64,000 bases of DNA from the NCBI RefSeq assembly GCF_001194135.2, contig NC_069000.1, positions 18,447,464 through 18,511,463 on the forward strand, written 5' to 3'. Origin of the DNA: Octopus bimaculoides. Taxonomy: Eukaryota. Below the pieces are notes generated by a model, which worked only from the letters and a program-made list of their open reading frames with translations, was not told the DNA's origin and did not search any database. Below, in pieces: positions 53,001 to 64,000 of the stretch. Both the position numbers and the translations under genes were made by a program. Numbering within the stretch: position 1 is the first letter of the stretch; each line of letters starts with the position of its first letter.

Positions 53001-54119
53001 TAATAATGATAATTTCTAACACAGGTTTAAAGCCGTGAATTTGATGGGGGGGGGGGGCTAATAGACTGAATCAACCTCGTCCCTTAATCGGTACTTTATT
53101 GACCGCGGAAGAACTTTATACAAATGATTTCTAAAACATATTTAAAGCCCCACGATTTGGGGCGTAGTCTATTAAATCGATCCGTGTACTATATTTTTAT
53201 TGAACTTTGAGGAATGAAACGAAAACATTCGACGTTGGTTAGATTTCAACTCAGAACTTCAGTATTATAATTATATCCCTTTGGACATAATTAACTACCA
53301 AAAAGCCATTTTTACTGATACTTGATTCTTCAACTCCACAGCTCTAGGCTTTAGGCACAAGGAAGAGATAGACTTGTATTTGTTGTTGGTTAGCCAAAAA
53401 TCAAGCGTGATCGAGCAGACATGTGATCAATAGCATTCCAGCTGTGACTACACCATCTTTCCTTGTTTCAGACAGCAGGGTGTGTGGTTTTAAAAAAAGA
53501 TTTGCCTATTATTTGTAGCAGGTCAAACGACCACAAAGTCTCTCTGACTTGGACTGCCGGGAGTTATAGAGTTTATTGAAGCAAACGTTACTGGACGGAT
53601 AAAAAAGTAACTTCATACAGCAATCAATCTGTGTTCGAGTATTACGTGAATATATTCATCAAATATATTTTTCAGTTGAACAATATTTTTTTCAACCTAG
53701 GCCGACTTTGCCTTTTAATCTATCTGGGATTATTGAAACAATTAGCAATAGTTCTACATACTAAATACATGTATGCTATATGTAATATAGTAATTTGAAA
53801 AACCTTTAGTAGAAACGTTTAAGCACTTTTGACAACACCATTGGTTTGGTTCTGGTTTTTAAAGCCAGCTGGTGAAAGCAATAAAGATACTTTAGTCTTA
53901 GAGTTCCACAACCAAGCAAGTTTTACTCAGCTGACATGACAAAGAGAGATCAATGTGTGTGTGTGTGTGTGCCACTTTCACCCTCCCTTTTAAAATGTGA
54001 GTATTCAATTGACTACTCTTCCTTGTGTCAGCCAGTATGACATCTCAATATCTACGATCCATTGACCATTCTGCAAAATATTTTTTTCAAAATTGTTATA
54101 AAAAGGTAAAAACAAAATG

Positions 54120-54471
54120 TTTTAACATATTCATCTCTATACCTTTGAGTTTGTTGGACTGTTGATACTAACTTTGGTCTCCCAGTAGAATGGCTCTGAA
54201 TGTTACACGGAGAGCTCATTTAACCAATGAGCAGCTTTATCAAGATCTATCCAAAGTGACTGAGAAGATTCAGCAGAGAAGAATGAGAATTGCTGGTCAT
54301 TGCATCAGGCACTCAGAAGAACCTGTGTGTCAACTGGTCTTATGGCAGTCAGTTGAAGGAAGAATCAGTAAGGGAAGAAAATGGCTAACCTATGTGGAGA
54401 ACTTGCTTCAGGACAGTGGAATGGCAAATATTGACAAATTAAGAGCATGCATAGGGGACTGTGGTGGGTAG
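54120..54471 (+). mobile_element. LINE ORF2 C-terminal fragment (RMALNV...QQRRMRIAGHCIRH...LVLWQ..EGR..KGR)
   Basis: ORF 54190-54471 has the typical post-RT RLR.AGH..R / G.R..GR motif of RTE-group LINEs. Confidence 0.75.
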
Positions 54472-56149
54472 TGTGCTCACATGAAATCATTGAAGCATCC
54501 AGGAGATTGGCAAAACTAGACTAAACTAAACTAAGTAAATTTAACCCGTAACATTCCTGTTTAACATGCCTGTCTGACCTTTAAGGTCTCTGGTCTGAAA
54601 ATAACTTCCTCTTGTCCAACCACCAGTTTCAAGGTTCTCTCTATCATTCTTTGACTAGTCATAAAAAGAAACTAAAAACAAAAAATTTTTAATCAACTAG
54701 GAAAATATTTCACAAAGCAGCTGGCTTACATGAAAGATTTGAGCGACTCAAAACATTTTTTTGAAAATTATTCCTCACTGATGATGAGCTGATTTGTTTT
54801 AATTAATATTAAAACTGTTTGGACAATTAACTTCATCCTCAAAGTTAATACATACATGCATGCATGTATGTATGTAGTTCCAGACTGGATTTGAAAGAAG
54901 AAATTTTATTTCTAAAGAAGGAATAGTCTGCGATTTCCTTACCCATGAAGATAGTGTTTGAATCCAATTTGAAATCATGTACGTATTCAGTAATATTAAA
55001 TCTGAAAATGAATAGTGATCAAACCAACTGAAACATCATGTAAATCATCAAATATTGTAAATATTTAGCTGAAAGAAGAAAGTGTTGATTGTGAAAAATG
55101 TATAATTACCAAACTTCCTTCTCATACCTGTACACAGTCACTATATTACAACATCATGATATTACAAGACCCACAATTATTTCACTTTTTTTTTCTAAGT
55201 AACTAAAGAATTAAAAAAAACTTTCCTAAAACATTTTTTAATGCATCAAACCAACCATTTTCAGAGTATGTCAAACTGGATTAGAACATCCTCTACAATC
55301 TCATTGACTTATGAGCTCAGAACATAAAACAGAGAGACAGCACCAACAAAATGGAATAGCCGATGCTGAATTCACTATTCTAGCATGACTGTTGTTCTGT
55401 TGACTGCAAGGAACTAAAAACTACCTCTGGTTGACTCTAGAATTGGTTTGCATTCTGAGATAAAGTTTGTGGTTTATATGGTTTATAACCATGGTAACAA
55501 ATGATTCCTGTCCTTAACACGAAGACAGACTATATAAAATATGTGTGAGGAGTGTGATACTATGGAGAAATAAAAAACAGGCTTTTGAATAGGAAAGATT
55601 TGCTGAACCTGGGAGGGGATGAGATGAACATAATTTGTTGGATATATAATGGTAACTTTATGTGAAAGGTGGTGCACAAGTGATATTCATTTCCAGTCTT
55701 CGCTGAATGGAGAATATTTCCTTGTTTAGAAACAGGTGATGGCTGATGATAGGAAGGTCATTCAGCTGTGAAAATCTGCTTTCATGCATCCTGTCTAATC
55801 CATACCTGCATGAAACAATGAACATTATGATACTACAGCTGTTGATATATATAAATAATATCTTATAACTTCATCAGAGTCTCAAATATGAAGTACACAG
55901 GCTCCAATGAAGCTATAAGTTGTTACTCAGGTACTCAGCTATGAGTCTCCTGCATGTTATAGAGGAAACAGCTGTAAGCTAATGAAGTTCATAAGATAAT
56001 TATTTATTACTTTGTCATCTCATTTCCTTATTACTGCTCTGTACTCAACTAATGCTTCTTTCTAAAGCATTGTATAATTTATTAAGTTCTAAGTCAGGTT
56101 ATTAGTATCACAATGCTTGCAGCGATATCAGTGGAAGATGAACAGAGAA

Positions 56150-57010
56150 AGTAGTCTTTGCATGTGGCTGATGTATATGTATGATAAACACTAGAAATGA
56201 ACAGAAAATAGACTTTGTCAAATGCCAGGTGGGATACTTAGAAGTAGTAGATAGCTTCCATCATCTGGGTGACCAAGTCAGCAGTAGAGGTGGATACTCC
56301 AAGAGCATAACTGTTAGAATAAGAATAGGCTGGGCAAGGTTCAGAGAACTTCTACCTTTGTTGGTAACAAAGGGCCTCTCCCTCAGAGTGTAAGGCAGAT
56401 TGTTTGATGCCTGTGTGCAAACAGCCATGCTACACAGCAGTGTAACATGGGCTGTGACTACAGAGGACATGCAAAGGGTTGAAAGAAATGAAGCTGGTAT
56501 GCTTCACTGGATGTGCAATGTCAGTATGCACACATGACAGAGTGTAATCATCTTGAAAGAAAAATTGGGCATAAGAGGTGTCAGATGTGGTGTGCAAGAG
56601 AGAAGATTGTGCTGGTATGGTCATGTGATGTGTATGAATGAGAACAGCTGTATAAAGATGTATCAATCTCTAACTGTAGAGGGAACCTGTGGAAGAGGTA
56701 GACCCAGGAAGACATGGGGCAAGGTGGTGAAGTATAATCTTCAGATGTTGAGTCTCAGAGAGGTGATGACAAGTGATCAAGATCTTGGCAATTTTCTGCC
56801 CTTGAGAAGACATGTCAAGCCAGGTGAAATTGTAGTCGTGGCTAGTGCCACCCACTACACTCTTGGAGTAGTCGGCATTAAGAAGGGGATCCAGCCATAG
56901 AAACCAAGCCAAATCAGCCAGGAGCCTGGTACAGCTCCCTGGCTTACCAGTCCCAGTCAAACTGTCTAACCCATGCTAGTATGGAAAACAGATCCTAAAT
57001 AGTGATGATG
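56150..57010 (+). mobile_element. RTE-type LINE 3' fragment with (GAT)n tail
   Basis: ORFs 56181-56393 and 56553-56900 (EVVDSFHHLG, RIRIGWARFRELLPLL, ERRLCWYGHV, VEGTCGRGRPRKTW). Same family as 3830-6290. Confidence 0.8.
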
Positions 57011-58075
57011 ATGTATATATTTCAAAGGCATTTCCTGGTACCTAAGTCAGAGCATACAGTTTTAAACCATTTGATTGGAGTAAAGGACATGGAGCATATA
57101 TGTCTCCTCTTTCAAATTGACTCTCATAAAAAGAAAAAGATTTTTAAAATTAAAAGTGCATTTGTTATTTGCAATCAGTTTATATCTTACGCATGCATTC
57201 ATAGAGGAATGGCCACACATATATACATATATATTTACAAGCATATACACACATACATATATATATATATATATTTATGCTCACACACATACTTAACAAT
57301 ATACTCTCAGCAAATCTATTGTTTGGGAGTATCAACAACTTATTATCATCTGTTTTACAGACCATTCTGTTACCACTCTGACTTCATGTCGATTCCCTCA
57401 GCTCTCCCACTCCGTTTTATAATCCCTTAATCTTTCTGCACCTCCGAACTGTATGCACATACATACATACATACATACATACATACATACTTACATACAT
57501 ACTTACATACATGCATACATAATCACCTTATTGTAAGTCAGTTAGTACTTTATAGCATTCTCATATCTCATCAAAACATCTGAACTAAAACTCTACTTAA
57601 GGCAACACCTTCATTTATTTCTTCTTTCTTATTTTCTATTACACCTGATTAAGCTATCAATTTCCTTTTTTTTTCTTCTTTTTTTTGTTCTTTAATTTCT
57701 AAGTTTAGAAGGGATGTTGAAAAATTTGTAACAAAAAAATAATAAAGGTTTCGAATTTTGGCGCAAGGCCAGGAAGTATGGGGAGAGAGTAAGTCGATTA
57801 CACCGACCCCCCACTCCTCAGCTGGTACTTGTTTTATCAACCCTGAATGGATGAAAGGCAAAGCTGACTTTGGCTGAATTTGAATAATAATAATAATAAT
57901 AATATTAATAATAATAATAATAATAATGGTGATGGTGATGGTGATGGTGGTGGTTTTGAATTTAGGCACAAGGTCAGCAACTTAGAAGGATGAGTTACAC
58001 TGACCCCAGTGGTAAACTGGTACTTATTTTATCGACCCCGAAAGGATGAAATGCAGTCAACCTTGGCAGAATTTG

Positions 58076-58119
<44 letters not shown>

Positions 58120-58143
58120 TAATAATGATAACAGTAATAATAA

Positions 58144-58702
58144 TGCCCTGATGCAGTACCAGTCAGTGGCTTTCATGGGTTTTGATCTTAACTAATTGGA
58201 AGTGTTATCATGTACATTGTTTTGTCTTGGTATAAAAGATGGGCTACAGCAAATATTCTGCTTAATACCAAAGATTTGCTTGTCATTCGTTTGGCCTTAA
58301 CCAGTTGAGCATGTCCCTTGGTGGCTGACAATATGTGCATCTCTGATCACAAGCAGAAGTAGTTGGAGAAGATCATAGTCATGTGTCGTGAGCAATTCTT
58401 TGGGGGTTTGGATAATTCACCTTTGGAAACATCGGTGTTTTGTTCAATATCCTTAAACAACCCTTATTCAGGGACCTTTTGAGCAGGATGGGCTACTCTA
58501 CCTGAAGAAAATTCTAACTGGGTGCCACCTGCAAGGTCATGCGCTGTTTATCGTGATATGAGATCACCATGTCGTGCACATGTGGTTGTGATGCATGTGC
58601 CTGGTGTATCTTCATCAGACGGATAGTCATGATGGGTATACTGGGCTTTGTATATTTTACCCCAGTGTCACTTTGATGGCATGCACTGCTCTCTTACTCA
58701 AT
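58144..58702 (+). mobile_element. ~560-bp interspersed repeat embedded between (AAT)n tracts (probable retroposon 3' end)
   Basis: Higher-complexity block flanked on both sides by (AAT)n, with no ORF. Family not identified. Confidence 0.45.
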
Positions 58703-60981
58703 GATAATAATAATAATAATGATGATTTCTTTATTAACCACAAGGGTTTACATTAAGAAAAACATTATAGACAGTACAGGACAGGACAAAACAAAGTATG
58801 TGTGTGAGTGTGTGTTGTGAGGGTTTTGCGTGTAAACAAGATTAAACAAATTTTTTTTAAAAATCAGCAATGTGTATTCCTCAATAGGGAGACGTTCGAG
58901 GGCTGCTCATGGAAAAACCCCATAAACATAGTGGCAGACAGACTACTCCTAAGCATTTCGCCTGGTGTGCTAACCATTCTGCCAACTTACTGCTTCAATA
59001 ATAATAATAATTATTATTATAATAATAGTAGTAATAACAATAATAATAATAGATCTTTCTTCTGTAGGAACAAGGCCTGAAATTTGGGGGAGGGTGACAG
59101 TCAATTACATTGGCCCCAGTACTCAACTGGTACTTAATTTATTGACCCTGAAAGGATGTAAGGTAAAGTTGACCTCGGTGAAATTTGAACTCAGAACATA
59201 GCAACAGGCGAAATACAAATAATAATTATAATAATAATGATGCTTTAAAATTTTGGCACAAGGCCAGTATTTTCTGGGGAGGTAAGTCATTTACATTGAC
59301 CTCAACATTCAACTGGTACTTATTTTATCAACCCTGATAGGATGAAAGTCAAAGTCAACCTTTTGCCTGGCATCCTAACAATTCTGCCAGCTCTCCGCTT
59401 TAATATAATATTTTCTTTATTTGCTTCTAGAGTCCATCATATATAAAACATGTCATATAGACAAAGTTATGACAAGCCAGGCGTCAGTGCCAATGCCAAT
59501 ACATTGAACTGTAATTCTTGATTTTTCTGTTTCTGTTTACTATGGCACCAGCTGTTGGCAGAAATGTGGACAGGCCAGTTCTACTTGTCCCCTTACTTCA
59601 TCCCTGACCTGAGGGCCCAGGAATATGCTTACACTTCCTACTACATGTTAGTCATGGCTTCCACAAATTTTCATTGGACATGAAACTCGGCTTGCGAAGA
59701 CCTGTTGGGGCAAGCGAAAGCGAAATTGTGATGGCACCTGTGCCCAGCGTCGCCTTTCTGGCACTTGTGCCCGTGGCATGTGCAAGGACTTTCGAGCGAG
59801 ATTATTGCCAGTGCCGCTGGACTGGCTCTTGTGCAGGTGGCACATAAAATACACCATTTTGAGCATGGCTGTTGCCAGTACCGCCTGACTGGCCTTCGTG
59901 CGGGTGGCACGTAAAAGCACCCACTACACTCTCAGAGTGGTTGGCGTTAGGAAGGGCATCCAGCTGTAGAAACTCTGCCAAATCAGATTGGAGCCTGGTG
60001 TAGCCATCTGGTTTCACCAGTCCTCAGTCAAATCGTCCAACCCATGCTAGCATGGAAAGCGGATGTTAAACAATGATGATGATGATGATGGTGTAAATAG
60101 AAAATCCCTGGTATTCCTTATAGAAAGGTATGTAACTTTCCTTCTGACCCTTTCTTGAATAAATTCTAGGCAAAAAGGTACTGTTGTTTACCTTCTCATA
60201 CTTCACCCCACTTTTCTGCTTTCTGGTTGTTGGCTCACATCAAGGGCCTCTTTGTGACTGACAACATTAGCAAAAGATGGGTTTTTTTTCATTGTTGCTG
60301 CTGTTATTTATGTTTTTATTGCACTGATCCATGGTTTGTCATTTGTATATATTTTACATGTGATGGATCCTAGAAATCAATTAAGAAAGGATCAATTCTA
60401 TTTTGAAACAGTGTATCTTGAAGCACATAAAGTTATTGATACAAGATAAATTTTTAAAACCGAGTCAATTGACAGGGGACCTAGGGGTAGACCAAGAACA
60501 AAGATGGTTGGATAATATTCATAGCCTCATTTAGTCATGCTTAGGAATCCTGTTGGGAAGTCTGGTGACAGTTGCTTCTGATAGTTGCTGTTTGGAGGAG
60601 GAGCCTGAGGACTCTATCTCCACGGGAATAGTGGGTGGAGAAGATAGGTGGATAGACAGACAGCACCTGATAGAAGAGTCACTATTTCTTGGTGACAGGG
60701 TGAGATTTGAACTCAGTATGTAGAAAGCCAGAACAAATACCACAAGGCATTCTAGCAAACACTCTGACGACTTTGCCAAGCACCACCCATGAATTTATGA
60801 TTTATAGTATACAATAATGAATCAATAATTAAATGTTAATCACTACAGCGAGAAGTTTTTGTTTGTAGGATGTTGGCCTTAACACGGTCTATTTACATGC
60901 ACTGGTCCAGAAACAACACGAGAAAACCACGTGTACATGACTGACTTGTCTCTTTGGAATACACATCTGTACATAGACACA

Positions 60982-61021
<40 letters not shown>

Positions 61022-63142
61022 ATATCATGTGCATAGAGTGTGGCTGATACTAACAAGAAAGACAAAGCTAATGATAAAATAAAATTTTCCATCGCATACT
61101 TAAATTATATTGAGAGTTTCCTGTAAAATAAAAAAAATCAGGGGCATAAAATCTCGGGTGTTACAATTCATCCAGTTCTCATGCATGTGTGCTTTGTGTT
61201 AGGAAGTAAAAACAAAACCAAGTGGAGCGTAAATGTTATTCACAAATATAACAACACAATGAAGCTTTGACAAATCAATAAAACATCGATGATACAAAGG
61301 AGGAAATAAATTAGCATTAATAGCATTTTCTAACAGAGAATATCCACAGCAAGTAGGTTGGGACTTGATAGATGATGCACTTAACTATTGACTAAATAAA
61401 CTCATTAGAAAAGTGGGAAAAATCTATATCTAAGCAATGATTCATGTATATAATTCTAGCTGTATGGGTAGTATATGCAATATACTTTATATGTATGTAT
61501 GTATGCATGTGTGTGTATGTATATACAGCACATATATATAGAGATCTTGATTTAACATCTATTTTCCATGCTGGCATGGGATGGACAGTTTGACAGGAGT
61601 TGGCAAAGCAGTTTCCTGCTCTTCTATCTGCTTTGACATAATTTCTAGGGCTGGATGCCCTTTTTAATGTTGAACACTTTTCAGCAAATTTGGAAATTAG
61701 TTGTGGAGAAACAGTCGTTTATATTGTGTATCACTCAATAAAAAGACGAAATTTAAGAAATCTGTTATCTCTCTCCCTCTCTTTACACCGTTGCTAGAAG
61801 GGGACTTAACTCATGCTCGGACTTTAAAATTGTTAGAAGATATGGTTTAAAATTATTTTTAATACAAAAATTTACGTCTTAGGAAGCAATAAAAAAATAA
61901 TAAATGGCCGATTCCGGGCATGTTCGACCATGAGGAATCCATTGGTGCAACTCCCAGATTGCTATCTTGTAAGGTGGGGATTTCTATAGATGCAACACAC
62001 ACACACACACACACTCACAAACTCAGCTTTACAATATGTACAGATGATGATAGATAGACTAGGTGCACTTTTTTTTTTGTGGCACCAGCACATGTGAGGT
62101 CAGGTCACCAAGACAAGACCCTCACAACTGAGAGAGAGAGAGAGAGAGAGAGAGTACTATTTGTTAAGGAGGTGGCTTTGTGCCAGGTGATGAGANNNNN
62201 NNNNNNNNNNNNNNNNNNNNNNNNNNNNNNNNNNNNNNNNNNNNNNNNNNNNNNNNNNNNNNNNNNNNNNNNNNNNNNNNNNNNNNNNNNNNNNNNNNNN
62301 NNNNNNNNNNNNNNNNNNNNNNNNNNNNNNNNNNNNNNNNNNNNNNNNNNNNNNNNNNNNNNNNNNNNNNNNNNNNNNNNNNNNNNNNNNNNNNNNNNNN
62401 NNNNNNNNNNNNNNNNNNNNNNNNNNNNNNNNNNNNNNNNNNNNNNNNNNNNNNNNNNNNNNNNNNNNNNNNNNNNNNNNNNNNNNNNNNNNNNNNNNNN
62501 NNNNNNNNNNNNNNNNNNNNNNNNNNNNNNNNNNNNNNNNNNNNNNNNNNNNNNNNNNNNNNNNNNNNNNNNNNNNNNNNNNNNNNNNNNNNNNNNNNNN
62601 NNNNNNNNNNNNNNNNNNNNNNNNNNNNNNNNNNNNNNNNNNNNNNNNNNNNNNNNNNNNNNNNNNNNNNNNNNNNNNNNNNNNNNNNNNNNNNNNNNNN
62701 NNNNNNNNNNNNNNNNNNNNNNNNNNNNNNNNNNNNNNNNNNNNNNNNNNNNNNNNNNNNNNNNNNNNNNNNNNNNNNNNATATAAGGGCATTGTGCTTA
62801 TTTTAGTAGTTTTGACTTATGGAGTCCCTCAAAGCGTGAGGCATTATTGTATAGTAATACCCTTATATAAATTAAATTATATATATTTATGGAAAAAAAT
62901 GATGGTCTTTTTTTTTTCCTTATGAGGTTTTTTCACGTTAACTACTTGATAAATTCTTATAAAGTATTTATCCTAATATTATATATATATATATACATAC
63001 ATATATATATATATATATAGGTATGGAGATGCAGACTGGAAAAATCAAACACGAAATATGAGTATGTGTATATTTTTATTAATATTAAGAAGAAGCAACA
63101 AAGTGACTCAAAGGCTGAGAGATTTGTGCATTGGTACTTATC

Positions 63143-63395
63143 AAGTTTGATAGTGTGTGTATGTGTGTGTGTGAATGTGTCTGTGTGCATGAGTGTAGGC
63201 ATGTGTGTGTGTATGTGTCTGTGTGTGTGAACATGTGCATGTGTGTGAATGCGTGTGTGTGTGAATGTGTATGTGCATGTGTGTGTGTGTGAGTGCCTGT
63301 GTGTGTGTGTGTGTGCATGTATATGTATGTGTGTATGTGCATGTGTGTGAGTGCCTGTGTGTGCATATATGCATGTGCGTGTATGTGTGTGTGTG
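63143..63395. repeat. Compound (GT)/(AT)/(GC) microsatellite
   Basis: Low-complexity tract that explains the HTHT/CVCV ORFs. Confidence 0.9.
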
Positions 63396-64000
63396 TAAGA
63401 AAGAGAGAGATCATCTTCATCATTATTTTAACATTGACTTTTGCATGCTTATTTGGGTCAGACAGAATTTATTCTTTACAGTTGGATGCTCTTCATGTTG
63501 CCAAGCCAAACATGTTTCCAAGCGAGTTAGTATTTTCCCATGGCCAGACATATCTTTGTGAAGGATTGAAAATGAACAATACTGTTTGTATGACAGTGAT
63601 GCTTGTTTACAACTATTGTGTGATGTCAAGACCAGGAGATACACACGCACATACACACACACACACACACATACACAAAAACACACACACAAATGGTGGC
63701 TGTGTGGTAAGTAGCTTGCTTACCAACCACATGGTCCCAGGTTCATTCCCACTGCGTGGCACCTTGGGCAAGTGCCTTCTACTATAGCCTCGGGCCAAGC
63801 AAAGCCTTGTGAGTGGATTTGGTAGACGGAAACTGAAAGAAACCCGTCGTATATATGAACCCAGAACTATGTTGTTGAGAAGCAAGCTTCCTACCATACA
63901 GCCACACCTGTGCCTATTATGTATACAGTGGTTCTATAAATGATGATAAAAACATCTCATTATATACACCAGAAACATTATAAATTCATGAGAAAAAATA

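Noticed and set aside
60531-60779. Non-repetitive-looking stretch open on both strands with a GTGAGA donor-like site
   Set aside because: The donor-like sequence is part of an adjacent SINE core, and there is no homology or partner exon.
63085-63897. His/Thr- and Cys/Val-rich ORFs, and similar YIYI, SLSL and F-rich ORFs elsewhere (e.g. 49908-50709)
   Set aside because: Translations of microsatellites or low-complexity CT-rich DNA.

Overview
AT-rich, microsatellite- and SINE-dense animal DNA with seven assembly gaps. The repeat content (tRNA-headed SINEs with RTE-like (GAT)n tails, RTE-type LINE fragments, a mariner relic) looks like an octopus genome; this is inference from pattern recognition, not a search. 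The only recognisable protein-coding content is a minus-strand tandem pair of E2F4/5-family genes. Copy A is complete, with 9 exons read by hand (49999 to 22678, about 368 aa): DNA-binding domain, dimerisation/marked box, and C-terminal pocket-protein-binding motif. Its intron 3 has a minor-spliceosome (U12) AT-type donor. Copy B contributes only exon 1 (10196-10077), which is closer to the canonical E2F4/5 sequence than copy A; the rest of B is probably left of the window. The B upstream region holds a 259-bp palindromic element with internal telomeric repeats and a 6-bp TSD, and a solo LTR carrying a perfect E2F site. Nearly all ORF-track entries are microsatellite, gap or repeat artefacts.
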